Part shown: positions 50,554-63,869 of the stretch, one piece after another
Numbering within the stretch: position 1 is the stretch's first letter
How the letters are laid out: every line of letters begins with the position of its first letter
DNA from: Sphaerodactylus townsendi
Lineage: Eukaryota
Assembly (NCBI RefSeq): GCF_021028975.2
Contig: NC_059429.1
Coordinates: forward strand, 107,012,001 to 107,076,000
Reading direction: 5' to 3'
DNA length: 64,000 nt
The notes under the pieces: generated by a model
The model's input: the letters and a program-made list of their open reading frames with translations, nothing else
What the model was told of the DNA's origin: nothing
Databases searched by the model: none
Made by a program: the position numbers and the translations under genes

Positions 50554-50950
50554 GCTGTCTAAAAAGCCAACTGTTATGATACCAGTTAATTGTGGGGATG
50601 TTGAACTCTGTTGCAAGAATGTGACTGGATGTGATATTATGGTTCCAAAATATTGACAGGGGAGGAAGAGTTAAACTTTGGTGTTTTACTAAGGCTTTGC
50701 GGAACTAATGGGGTGAATGTGAAATACTTTTTTGAGGAGGGTATCTACAGACCTGAAGTTAAGAAGTTCCAGCTGCTCTTGTTCTATACAGTTTTCTTTT
50801 GCTCATACAGTCAGAATGTGATGAGGAAAGGGTAGATTTTTCCCAACAGTTTTTGAAAGCAGTAGTGTTTGTGCCAATTCTACTCTATGCTGGCAGCAGT
50901 GATGACTCTGTACATTATCATAGAGTGAGCTTTCACAGACAAAAAGCTAT

Positions 50951-51260
50951 GAAGAAGAAGAAGAGTTTGGATTTATATCCCCCCTTTCTCTCCTGTAGGA
51001 GACTCAAAGTGGCTTACAATCTCCTTGCCCTTCCCCCTCACAACAAACACCCTATGAGGTAGGTGGGGCTGAGAGAGCTCCAAAAAGCTGTGACTAGCCC
51101 AAGGTCACCCAGCTGGCGTGTGTGGGAGTGCACAGGCTAATCTGAATTCCTCAGATAAGCCTCCACAACTCAAGCAGCAGAGCTGGGAATCAAACCCGGT
51201 TCCTCCAGATCAGAGTGCACCTGCTCTTAGCCACTGCTCTTAGCCACTACACCACTGCTG
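50951..51260 (-). mobile_element. tRNA-derived CORE SINE (Squam3-like)
   Basis: (gaa)n tail, tgtgactagcccaaggtcacccag core, A/B-box head (ccactacacc; gggaatcaaacccgg). Confidence 0.8.
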
Positions 51261-51502
51261 GAGAAGCAGGAGGGGTAGTGGTTAGTCTGACCAGTATCTG
51301 ATAGACTCACTTGATGACAGATGTAACACAATCCAGTATGAATTGCAGGTTTTCTTCAGTTTGGTGTGTGTGCTCAGTTCAGATCAAGACTGTTGTGCAT
51401 GTGGAGAAAGGGTTTCAATCTCCTTCCTGTACTGCTCCAAACCTAAAACAGTCTCAGGGGAGGCATTATGTGCTCTGTTGGGGGAAACATATGTGTATCT
51501 CA

Positions 51503-51738
51503 GGAGCCTGCGTGGTGTAGAGGTTAAGAGTGGTGAACTCTAATCTGGAGAACCAGGTTTGATTCCCCACTCCTCCACTTGAAGCCTACTGGGTGACCCT
51601 GGGCCGGTCACAGTTCTCTCTGAACTTTCTTAGCCCCATCTATTTCACCTGTTGTGAGAAGGGAGGTGAACATGACAATAAACCTCTCTGAGTCTCTTTA
51701 AAGATAAGGAAAAGTGGGGTATAAAAACCAACTCTTCA
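51503..51738 (+). mobile_element. tRNA-derived CORE SINE (Squam3-like)
   Basis: tggtgtagaggttaagag..tctaatctggagaaccaggtttgattcccc..gggtgaccctgggc. Confidence 0.8.
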
Positions 51739-53989
51739 GCAAATGGGTTTCCTCGTATAGTGTCCCCAGAGACTATTTCTGGTTGGGAAATGGGACAGAA
51801 GGGAAAGCATTATGCCCCACCCCCAATGTCAGGGTCCAAAACCAATCATGCTCCCCCACACTTGAGAATTAAATTTCAAATATCGCAGGGAGCTGCCAAC
51901 ACAGAACTCTTGATATGGATGGATTGAGAGACCCAGAAACAGTTTGTGGTTCAACTCTTACTCGATACTAGAAGTTGGGGGCAAACCAAAGGAAAGAAGC
52001 TGCCCTGGGATAGGGCAGGGGAATGTCTGTTCACTTCTGGCAAGGCACTTAAGTTACAGTTTCTGGGACAGACTTGCCATCTGCACTCTGCCTGTAGGGA
52101 AATGTAAAGAGGCTTATTGCAGTTGGAACAGAAATCTGTCTTCTCCAATTAGGCTGCGTGCCACTCTATCCTTCCACATGCCGGCTTGTTCACCCATGCA
52201 ACCACTTAGTTCTGTGTCACTGAGGCATATGGCCCAATTTCTGCATGGTTCAGCGGTGGCAGGTTTCTTTCATGAATAGCATGGCTCATTTGCATAGCAG
52301 GATGGAGATTCTTGCTTGAATCTTAGTATAACTTTGCTCTTAATTTCTTATAAATGGTTTCTGTTTCTGAATTATGTAGTATGGGCCTTTGCCCTGGGCG
52401 CTTGAATAGCGTACGGTTTTGCTGGAGGGTTGTTTGAATGTGAGTGAAAATGAACCGGACTCAAAGCCCCAAACCCTTACAATGCATTCATTGAAAATAT
52501 AGTATTATCACAGTTTTATGTTCAGTGACTTTCTGTGGGCTAACAAAAGAACAGTAAAACCCACACAGTCATTAAACTGTCCATAAAATCAGTCTGCAGT
52601 TCTAAGAATACTTTCCTGGGAGGAAGAACCATTGGATGAAATTGGGCTTATTTCTGAGAAGGCCTACTTAGCCTCACTTTCTTAGCAGTACAAGCAGGGC
52701 AGATCTTTCTGCTAAACAATAGCAAAAGTGGTGGCAGCAGTAAAAACCAAAAACAACCACCTGTTAAAAAAAGTTCAGGAGAACAAAATTGTTTTGACCA
52801 TCTATTTTATAAGGAGTGCCTCACATAGCATATCCAGGGAGAAGGGTTTTTTCATCTGGTGACCTCAGGTAATTTGAATATTTTTTCAAGCAGTCTTCAA
52901 ATGCAGCCCCTAATACATTGCACTGCGGTAATCTAACCTGGATGTTATTTAGACAAGAACAGATATAGCAAGTTACCATCCGTAGCTAGTACCCCAGCTG
53001 AAAATAGATAAGTTATACAATGTCATATATTGTCTGCTGTCAATACTGATGCCATAGATGCTGCTCACAAATGCCCTTCCCCCCTCTTTCTGGGATGGGC
53101 AACACGGGAGAGTGAGAGCCAATGGCATTGGACAGGGATAGCCAATTGGTGACCCTTCCCCTACATTCCTTTATCTGAAGGGTTCATTAAGTTTCTGCTC
53201 CACTACAATAGGACCATTATTAAGAAATGAAGGTTCAATAAGAGAAACCAACATTGCAGTTAGCTTGAGAATTTCATTTTGCTTCTATACTCCAGATCTG
53301 CAATCGCCCGTTTCTCTGACCTGGGAGCTTGAGAAGGCTGAACACTGTTCATCTCGCTGCTCATAGCAGCAGTTCTGTTTCTTGACCAAGTCCTTGGGAA
53401 TGGCTAATGACTGTGTGCCGGCAGTCCAGGAAGATTAGAGGAGACAGATGGAGGGAATGAGTCTGGATGTCGCCCATAGATGTGCAGCTGGCCATACAAA
53501 ATCTAAAGCAATTTTCCCAGTTGACCCTGGCATAGCTGGGGGAGGGCAGGGTATGAACTGAATAAAATAAAAATAAAGTTATATCCCACTTTTTATCTTC
53601 AGCTTTCTCAGGAATTACTCTATTGGAAAAGGAATGTAGTATATAACAACTTCATTCTGGCATTTCTAACTTTGCAGCCTCAATGCGAGCAGAGCTGACC
53701 TAAGGCATGGTTCACCGATATGTGACGAATCATGTAAATATTGACCTCTTAGTTGTAAGCAACTTGGTTGGTTACGTTCCACTCATGGTAAACTCCTTCA
53801 CAGGTACCTTCTGCTTTCATTGACAGAAGGCTTCATGGTTAGTGGAATCCAGCCTTTTATTGTAATGCCTTCAATATTTATTGTAATGCCTTCGGGAATG
53901 GGATCATGATTCCTTTCTACCTACAACCTGCTACCTGAAATTATTGCCTGGTGGTGTCTCTTGGTAGGCTGACATTCCTGTCACAATCT

Positions 53990-54190
53990 TAGTGGTAGAA
54001 AGTGCTATTAAGTCATAGACGACTTCCCCCATTGGGTTTTCAAGGCAAGAGGTAGAGGTGGTTTGCCATTGCTTGTCTCTGCATATTGACCCTGGACTTC
54101 CTTGAGGATATCCTAAACACTAACTAGGGCTAGACTCTTTTTTAATTCCAAGACCTGAAGAGATTGGGCTATCCTGGGCCATCCAGGTGA
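53990..54190 (-). mobile_element. 5S-headed Sauria-type SINE
   Basis: ttttcaaggcaagag..gtggtttgccattgc..ccctggacttccttg, reverse of the 7580 copy. Confidence 0.6.
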
Positions 54191-57100
54191 GGTCACAATC
54201 CTAGAACATGTAAGGAAAGGGGTCCTAGTTATTGGCCAAGAGCCCCTATGGTAGTGGTGCTTGAACAGTTTCTGTGGTACTCTTAAAAAGTTTGCTGTAG
54301 ATTTTTCAATCCTTTTTCAAAGAAGTTTTTTCATGAGTGGTGATTGGTTTCCAGGTAGGACCCGTTTATATTTGATCTGAGAAATAAGCCATCTTTGCTG
54401 TAGGCGCTATCCTGTAAATGAAATCGCTCATGTTTGTAACAGCTACACTGGCTCCCTGTTGTTCTTCCTGCTTTCAGCAGCTGGAAAATAGCTATAGTTG
54501 GATGTCTAGTAATGATATATTTGTATTTCTCTTTATTTTACTTGTGATTCAACTCTTGGCCTTCTTTCTACTCATAATGCAGTTCTATGGTGGTGTCACA
54601 TCTCTACCTAAGCATGTCATGCTGTGTGCCTTATTTGGTGGTGTCTAACTGAGTAACTTTGATCAGGTTTCACTGTGTGCTTGGACTGGAGCCATATAAA
54701 CAAGAATAAAATCAATTGTGGTGCAGCAGGTGGTGTATGATCTGGGAGACACAAGTTTGAATCCCTACTCTACCATGGAAGCTTGCTGGTTGATCTTGGA
54801 CCAATCATACTTTCTCATCTGACTCACAGGATAGCTGTCATGAGGGTGAAGTAGTGGAGGGAGAATGGCATTGAAAGCCTCTTTGGGTCCCCATTAGGAA
54901 AGGAAAGCAGAATGGAAATATCTGAATAAATACATACCAAGCAGTGGTTGTTTCTATTATTTTTGGAACAACGTACTCCAAAAACCAAGCATAGAATCCT
55001 TGGCTGCCAGTCTCCAACCCTGACAATTTGGTGACTAGATGGTATGCCTATTTTTATTTGGGGGCCAAGTCACACAACAGTTTTGCCTAGAATTCATCTA
55101 TCTGTATTAAGTGTGCTACCACCCGGGCTATTGGAGATATGTACCAAGATAACTGGATAATATGCAGAAAAAAATGCTTTCAACAAGCAATTGGATTAGC
55201 TTTCTCTTGACAACCGTAAGGGTCTGATTCCTATTTTCATCCCTGATTTCCCTCTCCCACCCAAATGGCATAGAAATTGAGAAGATCAATTTGCAAACTC
55301 ACTTGATCAAATTGCAGACTCATTTGAAAGTCAAAAAAATATGCAGGAGGAAAACAACAATTTCTTCTGAAGTGCCAGAGTTTAAACGTCTGTATTTCCT
55401 TCCAGCTCGATCATTTAAGTTGCTTGCATAATCAGTTAAAATCGGATTCGTTCGTACAGTAACACAACTTTCTTTAAATAAAATCCCATTTGAAAATGGT
55501 AAATTAAGGATGAGAAAATGCTTTTGTATTACAAGGCTGCAAACCTCCTGGGGATTGTCAGCCCCCCCCCCCCGCCCCTTCCCCCTTCCTTGCTTCTCCT
55601 GTAATTACGGAAGTGAATTGAATGGCTGTTTTTCTGTTCACTTCTAGAACCACTTAGCGGTTCTAAAAGTGGGATTGCTAAAGCCAAATTGGGAACAGGA
55701 AGCCAATCTGATAATTGTACTTTTCAAGAAGGGAGATATTTATTTTCCAAAGCAAAATTTTGTTCCTGAAGGCCGTGGGTTTTTCAGTCCAATTAGGGTT
55801 GAGAAAGTGGGTGTTACAGATGATAGTCTAACAATGGTTTGTTTCTTAATTAGACAATAAGCCTATGTCTGGTCTCTACCATGTCAGGCCACAGTTGAAG
55901 GTTTGCCTAATGATCATTCTCTTGCAAAGAAGAGTAGCCCTACACAAAGAAAACTGCCATGCAAAGGAGGAGACTAGCTAGGACTGCCCTATCTGAATAT
56001 GATTGTTTTCTGTAACCAGGTGTGGTATTTTTTGGTATGGAAGAATATTCAGTAATGAAACTGCCTTATAACAAGCAAAAGCATCATGGTCAGTCTTGTC
56101 TAGTTTGATTGGCAGCAACTCTTCACGGTCTCAGATAGGGATCGTTTCTATGACCTGATCCTTTGAACTCAGGATTCCAGGTATTGAACCTGGGACTTTC
56201 TGCATTCAAAGCAGGTGCTCTGTTAACTGAGTCCCAGCCCCAGCTCAATCCACCCATCTTGCACCCACCTGCAGTCTAATGGGCTAGGCCTTTGATGGGT
56301 TTTATGTCCCATTTAGAAGTTGGAGCTGGCAAGCAGTGTGATGGGGGACAAACACCCTAAGCACTGGCTTGAGGAAGGGGCCAAATAATGCTGACAGGAA
56401 CCAGCGGTTCAGCAGGTAGATTACAGCCATGGACCATTGTCAAGATTGTGCAGCGTTGTTTTCAGTTTGTGTAGTTTGGGACGGCAAAGTATCCTGGCCT
56501 GGTCCTACCGTAACTAGATAACTGATTTTAAGCAGACAATTAATGCATAGTGCTGTTGGTGGTGCTCCCAGTAAGAAGTTTGGGAACTGCTGTCTTATGA
56601 GGCAAGAATGAAACAGAACTCTAAGATGAGAGTTGATGAAGTGCAGAAGTCAGAGCGCAGGACTTGAACTGGAGGCAACCACTGGGTTCAAACCTGACTC
56701 AAGCCTTGAAGCTTGCTAGATGATCTTGAACCCCAGTGGTGACGTTGGAGTTACTCAATCTGTGTGCACCATTCTGAGACCCTTCAAGGAAGTGGTTGGG
56801 TAGAAGTGAATGAAGATATAGGAACATAACAATTATATCTGTTTTTTTGAGGTGAAAGCGTGAAGCACAGTAAGGGAAATTAGGCATACTCATAATGATT
56901 AGACTGGATGCCACTTCTTCACACAATTATAAAAATCTCACAGAAAACAATGGAACCAATTAATCCATCTTGGCCTCCTCCCTTTTCTGCCTACCATTTT
57001 CTTCGACCCTCCTTCCTCAGTGGGCTCAGGAGTGTAATTTAAGCAAACTGCCACCATCAATTAAAACGGGTTATGTGTTGTTTTAAATGTTTCAAACTGA

Positions 57101-58687
57101 TTTTATTGTTTTATATAAATTGTTGGAAACTGCCCATAGCCCCTGAGGAAAAGGGCGGCATATTAAACCAATGAAATAAATTAATAACTAGTTTCTTAGA
57201 GTTATGGTTATGTTTCACAGGGCAGACTCCACCGTGCAAGGATAAATTTAAGCATTTCTTCTGGGTTTAGGTGCGCTGCTGATTTTTAAAACTGATGTTC
57301 AGGCTTGTCTTGATATTATGCACACTCTGCCTAGAAATCTTTCCTCAGATATGTTTATAGTATCTGTATCTACTTAGTGGCTAGGGTAAATATTCTGATC
57401 TGCAAAAAGATAAATTGCATATTTCTGCACATAGTTCAAGAGTGAGATCCTGTTCTGAAAATTAGATTCTGGGGGTTAAATCCATTTGTTGTTTTAATCT
57501 TGGTGTGAATTGTGTCAAACTGTCTGAAGCTCATCCTGTGACCCAAACACATTCAATTGGATTGACTGGTCTTGCCCTGGAACGAAGCAGAGAGCTATGC
57601 AGCCCAGAAGAGAAATGTCCTTTCTGGATGCAGGGGAAAGAAAAGAGAAAGGGAGGAGGGCATTGCTACACTGCAGATGTTTGCTGTCTGAAATTCCTTA
57701 GTAATTTATTTGAGATTGAAATCAATGGCAACCTTTAAAGGAGTTGATCAGATTAGAATTTGCAGAATGCATTGTTTAAAAAATTCCAGTATTAATTGTC
57801 GAGGGATGTAATTCATCATTTGCTAGCTGACGCCTCTTCTTGCAGAACTGACTGGATTTTTAGCCCTTCCCCCTTTTTTCATATGGATAATGAACTTTAG
57901 GACATCATCTGGAAGCAAGGAACAAAAGAGACAATAAATTGTTCTGTGGATGAATTTCTGGTCTGGATGACCGTATATAACTGCTGACTCTTGGGCGGGG
58001 GGGGCGGATTCTGGTTACCGGTAGTTTACCTTGACATAGACATTTCCATGCATATTCGCTTCTACCCACTTTCATTTTGTTAGAAGCCTGGTGAGGTAGA
58101 CTAGACTAATCAATAAAAAGTGGACCAAGGATACCCCAGGAAGCCCAATGGCTGAATTGCAGTTTGAATGAGGACCTCTTCAGTCCCGCTGCAAGAATCT
58201 AGCCACTACATTGCTCTAGTTTCAGGTGAGCCCCTCCAGGGAGAGTGGCAGAAAAGAATTAGGCATTTGAAAATTCTTTCCCAGCTTTTCGCCAGTATCG
58301 CTCTTTGCACTGTACAGCTCAGCTATCATCTGAGTAGCTGGCTGAACGGCAGGGCTGGTAGAGAATTTGAGCTTTGTGCTGGCAGGAGGCTTAAATTATT
58401 TGTAGCCCTCAGTTACTCTTTCATGCCAGGCTTTTATTCTTGAGACGAGACTGTTGCTTAGCATTTAAAGTGTGTGTGCGTGTGTGTGAGTGTGGGGGGG
58501 AATAATATGCACTTCATGCAGAACTGAGACTATAATCCACAGCGTCTTTATTTGTTAGAAGAAGGGTGCATGGAAATTGGTGCATGTATGCATTGTTTTC
58601 TCCTGTTCGAGTAAATGAGGAGTAAAGGAAGAGGTCTGTTGGATCAGATCACAGGTCGGTTTTCTTAGTAGGAGTGGCCAGTCTGGG

Positions 58688-59010
58688 AGAGGCCAGCATA
58701 GTCTAGTGGTTAAGAGCAGGTGGATTCTAATCTGGAGAACCAGGTTTGATTTCCCTCTCCCCCACATGAGTGGCAGACTCTAATCTGGTGAACTGGTTTT
58801 GTTTCCCGACTGCTCCGCCTGATGCCTGCTGGGTGACCTTGGGTCAGTCACAGTTCTCTCGGAACTCTTTTAGCCCTACCTACCTCACAAAGTGTCTGCT
58901 GGTGGTGGTGCGGGTAGAAGGGAAGGTGATTGTAAGATAATTTGAAACTGCTTACAGGAAAGAAAGGCAGGGTATAAATCTAGTCTGCTCCTCTCCTCCT
59001 CTTCTTCTTT
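58688..59010 (+). mobile_element. tRNA-derived CORE SINE (Squam3-like)
   Basis: Same head and core as 51503; ends in (cct)/(ctt) repeats. Confidence 0.8.
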
Positions 59011-59246
59011 GCTCAGAAGGAGAGCAATAGCTGGCACCCTGTCTCTTTTTCCTCCATTGGGGCGAATAGTTGTTAATTTAGGTAATTTATGTTTGTGTTT
59101 TTCTCCCTGACAGAAACCCAGGGCAGCTTACCACAGAACATAATCTAAACAAACATTTGAAAAAGCAAAATAAAATTAATCAATAGATTTTTTAAAACAC
59201 TGTGGAATTGTATCCTAGGCACAGTCTTCATAGTCACAGGCTAGGT

Positions 59247-59394
59247 CAGGGGTAGGGAACCTGCAGCTCTCCAGATGTTCAGGAACTACAATTCCCATCA
59301 GCCTCTGTCAGCATGGCCAATTGGCCATGCTGGTAGGGGCTGATGGGAATTGTAGTTCCTGAACATCTGGAGAGCCGCAGGTTCCCTACCCCTG
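59247..59394. mobile_element. hAT MITE, same family as 40066-40194
   Basis: Palindromic arms and a perfect 8-bp TSD ggctaggt. Confidence 0.92.
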
Positions 59395-59729
59395 GGCTAG
59401 GTAAATCACATCTTGGGACCAAGAGGCCTTTGGCTCTTACCCTTCAGCTTGTGCCAAATGGCCCTGCACCTCTGCTCACACTCAGGCACACCAACAAACA
59501 TCTGAGGTAATGTGTCAGTGGCAAGTGATTCCTCAACAATTCCACTCTGTTTGCTTGGCAAGGGACTTAGTTTTCTCAGGAAAAGAGAGTGGGTGAAAGG
59601 GTTATGAAATAAAATGTTTGCAGCAGGATGGGGGTGTGTGCAATATGCAGCCTGCTAAGTGGCACACAGCCCATCAGTTGTTCACGACTCCTGTTTTTGC
59701 CTGTCTGCTTGGAGCGTTGAAAGCAAAAG

Positions 59730-60300
59730 GTCTTGCAGAGCTGGATGAGGTTTGGAAGAAGGCAACCACAATAATCAAGAGGGTGGAGAACCTTTCCTGT
59801 AAGGAAAGACCGGAGAGTCTGGGACTTTTCATTCTAGAAGAAAAAAAAAAGACAGCTGTGGGGGTGATGTGATAGAGGTTTAAAAAGGCATGCTGCTTGA
59901 GAAAAAGGAGTACAGGGAACTGTTTCTTCTGTAATAGTGAAACACGGGAGTCACCTGCTGAAGTTGAGGAGCAATAGATTCAGGATGGACAACAAAAAAT
60001 GCAGTTTAATTGGATAAGTAAATTGTGGAATTCATTGTCAGAAGACATAGCGATGACCACAGACATCTGTGACTTTCAAGGGAGATTTGACATCAGTGGC
60101 TTCTGACATAGATGATTCAAAGGAACCTCCACATCCAGAGGTAATCAACCTTTGAATGCTAGTACTAGGAGACCGCATTAGGGGAAGGCCTGGACCATTA
60201 TGCTCAGTTTGGTGTGTTTATGTGTGGGAGGAAGGCATGTTATAAACTACACCCTTGGAGATTGTTGTATGAACTACTGGTCTGATTCAGCAAGACACTT
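59730..60300 (+). mobile_element. Old CR1 3' fragment
   Basis: ELDEVWKKATTIIKRVENLSCKERPESLGLFILE is homologous to the CR1 ORF2 C-terminus; CR1-like 3' end tggtctgattcagca. Confidence 0.7.
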
Positions 60301-60436
60301 TTTACCTTCAGTGATTGGGGGCACAAGTCCTGGGCAATTACAGGATGGGATGTAGTTACAAGGTAGAGCACAGCCCTGAAGTGCATCCCTAGGAAGTCCA
60401 GGGCATCACTTCCTAGGAGTGCACTTCAGGGCTGTG

Positions 60437-61093
60437 CAGAGGTGTATCTAGGGGAAATGGAGCCCGGGGCAACATCTTTTTTATTTATTTTATTTATTTC
60501 ATCAAATTTATATACCGCCCTCCCCCAAAGGGCTCAGGGCAGTGTCCAACATTAGCCATAAAAACAATTATGTTTGCTCTTTGCACTCTTTTAATATTCC
60601 CTTCCCTAATTCTAAAAGTTATCAAAACCTGAGGCTTGCAAGCAGAATAAACGAGAGACACCACTGACAGGAACGTTTCACTGAACATACATCTGAGTTT
60701 TCTACCCCCACTCCATTTTCCCTAGATATTCCCTAGCCCCCCCCCCCATCGGCTCCCTGCATCCCCTGGCTCCCCACGCCCCCCACCCCACTTACCGCAG
60801 CCAGCAGGGAGGGCAGGATCCGGCCTGCACGGAGGAATGGCAGGGCTCAGCAGCTTGGACGGCAGTAGGCCAACTCCGAGCCACCCCTTCCCTGCAGGCC
60901 AGCTCCTGCCCTCCCTCAGCCCTTGGATAGCAGCCCGGCCATGGAGCATGCCCATCAGGCTGGCTGAGGCCTGCTCTCATGGGGCGTGCACGTCGTGAGT
61001 GTGCGGGGCGATTTTCAGCCCCCCTCCATGTGACTGGGCGGCAGCTGCCAGGGGCATTTGTCCCCAGATGGCCCCGTTGAAGCGCCGTCTCTG
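60437..61093. mobile_element. hAT non-autonomous element interrupted by a minus-strand L2 tail (60478-60688)
   Basis: cagag...ctctg termini with perfect TSD gggctgtg (60429-60436, 61094-61101); inner insert flanked by acatct. Confidence 0.8.
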
Positions 61094-61819
61094 GGGCTGT
61101 GCCCTACCTTGTAATTGTGTCCGATCCTGAACATGTAGAGATTGGGAAAGGGGCATTTAGGGTGTAATTGAATGCTGGCGAGCAGCTGGTTGACCCCAAT
61201 CTCCATGTGGAGATTGCATGTGGCCTGCTGGACTCACCGCCCCATCTCCACATGGAATTGGGAAATGGAGCTGGCCAGGTTGCCCCACCTGGAACTCCAC
61301 GTGGAAATTGGGGGGCTTGTTTGAGTTTTGCTAAGGTCAGGCTTGGGTCCAGCCTACAGCTTGATCCAAGCCTGGTCTTCGCAAGGCTCAGACTGAGCAC
61401 GGGGAGTCTGTTGGCTCTAGATTTATACTGTTGACTCCCTCCCAAAGCTCCACAGAACCACTAGTATAAATCTAGAACCAACAGATGCTCCATGCTCAGT
61501 CTAACTTGATCTAAGCCACATGGAGATTGGGATGAGGCAACCCTGCTGACCCCACTCTCCAACCCCATGTGGAGACAGATGTGGGGGTCAGAGGTGGGTG
61601 AACTGGATCCCAATTTGATTGGTGCCCTGCTGGTGCTCAACTGCACCCTGCCTTCAGTTTGGGGCTGAGTACAGGGATGGGGGCACATTTTATAAAGCTA
61701 AACCTTTGGAGGCTGGGGGTCAGACAACCAGCAAATCCCACTGTATTGGGTGGTGGGGCAGTTTTTCAAGCCTTTTATAAAGCAATATGCATGGGCTGAG
61801 GGAGGAGAAACATAGTGTG

Positions 61820-62080
61820 GATTTATGCCTTGCCTTTCTCTTTTGCAAGGAGTCTCAAAGTGGCTTACAAACTTACTCCCTTTCTTTTCCCACACTGGAC
61901 ATCTTGTGAGGTAGGTAAGGCTGGGAGAGTTCTGAGATAACGTTGATTGCCCAAGATTACCCAGCAGGCTGCATGTGGAGGAGTGGGAAACAGACTGCTT
62001 CACCAGATAAAGAGTTCACTGCTTATGTGAAGGAGTGGGGAATCAAATCTGGTTCTCCAGATTAGAGTCCACTGCTGCAC
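61820..62080 (-). mobile_element. tRNA-derived CORE SINE (Squam3-like)
   Basis: ctcaaagtggcttacaa..gtgaggtagg..gggaatcaaatctggttctccagattagagtcc. Confidence 0.75.
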
Positions 62081-62729
62081 CTTGCTGCCTCTCACGCAGC
62101 TTTGTTTCTAGGGTGGATTCGGCGTTTTAAACAATTTTACACTGTTTTCGCACCGCTGTTTTTCACTCATGCAGAATCTGCCCATGTGCAGAATTTTTTT
62201 GCTTATAGAATAATCTTGCTGGATTTGGGCTCCCTTGGAGGCACTGACCACCACATATTTTGCAAAAATTTTATTTAAAAAAGCAGAAGTGATTGTGAAA
62301 AGTAATTACATGTAATTCATGCTATGGCTCTTGAGAGTTCCGCCCCCCCTCCACTCCCCAGGAAAGGAAGCTTAATGTGGAGTCTCTAGTCATCTTTCGC
62401 CACTCCCTATTTGCCTTTGCTTTATTATCTTCTTGCTTCTTCGATTTCTCTTGTTTAAATCCATAGGGAAAATTAGCCACTGGCGATAAGAGAAGAATAG
62501 ATAAACTTGTGCTTTCTCTTTGCCTGTCTAATCTCTTCTATATAAGTATTTTGTTTTGGAGGTTCCGATGAGGAGGAATAGTGATTGTTTCTAAAGAGAA
62601 ATGAGATGAAGGTGGAAATGCGCTTGAACTTCCTTGGTGACCTCCCATCCACCTACTAACCAGGGCTGACCCTGCTTAGCTTCTGAGATTTGATGAGATG
62701 CTACCTGGGTCAGGAGTAAGAAGCTAGAT

Positions 62730-62840
62730 CAGTGGTGGCGAACCTTTGGCACTCCAGATGTTATGGACTATAATTCCCATCAGCCCCTGATGGGAATTGT
62801 AGTCCATAACATCTGGAGTGCCAAAGGTTCGCCACCATGG
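62730..62840. mobile_element. hAT MITE
   Basis: tggtggcgaacctttggcactccagatgttatggact palindromic arms; perfect TSD agctagat. Confidence 0.9.
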
Positions 62841-63869
62841 AGCTAGATAAACATTGATAAAGAAGGGATTGCAGAAAGGTGACTAGTGGTTCTACGGTAT
62901 TCTCTCTGCTTCTCCCCTCTCTCTGCTTGTCCACAGAGCGGCCTTCAGAATTCTCAGTAGTTCGCCTTGATGTAAATACAATGTATGTGCCAAAACATGG
63001 CAGCCCAAAATTTTCCTAGGTTTTGAATTTCTGATGTATTATCATTACTTGCCCAGCAACTGAATGTCCTGTTTTAGTAACCATTGACAGCATGGTATGT
63101 AACACATGTAAGCTTTTCTTGCCCAATAGGGTCTTAGACACCTCAACAGGACACCTAGGGGTATCACAGCACCTTACAATGAGTTTCCTAAAGCTTCTCG
63201 AGACTTCGAGATACTCCCCGACCCCTGATGCCACTTACGATTACTAAATCTTAAATTTTATATTTGCAAATAGGATTAACAACTATAATAAATAAATATG
63301 TTTTTTCCTGACCAGGAGGGAAGCACTAATTTAGAAGCAAATGCTTCCGCTGTAAGGGGGTCTTTAGAACTTTCCAGAATTTTGAGAAATCTTCCAAGAT
63401 TGTGTAATTGGCTCTGCCTGAACCAGTTTTTTTTAAGGCTCTTTCTCTGTGGCAGCCAGTTTGTGGTGATGCCCACTACCTGTTCTCAAAATCCTAAAAA
63501 TACTTGTAGACTCAATAAGGCTTAGAGACGGCCATTATGTATGTGTGAGATGCAACCATGATTTCTGGTCACCAACAGCTTGAAGCGTGATAGAAACTAA
63601 AGTCGTCATGCATCCTCTGACAAGCTGTCCTCAGCAGTAAAAGAGTTGCACTTCAGAAGTTTTCTGAAACATAATGTGTTTTTATGAATCTGTTTTTAGC
63701 TTCTGTTATATAACAAAAAGGGGGGAAAGCATTTTCAAGGGTACAGCTTCATTTGGGTCTTGCCAAGAACAGTCTGAGACAAACTGGAATGACGGATTGG
63801 GGTGGGGGAGGCAATCAACAATCGTGGGAGCAAAACTGGTTTTGTTTGGTGCCTCACCTCTAACACTGA

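Noticed and set aside
51503-51575. tRNA genes at A/B-box motifs
   Set aside because: No cloverleaf; each continues into a SINE core and tail.
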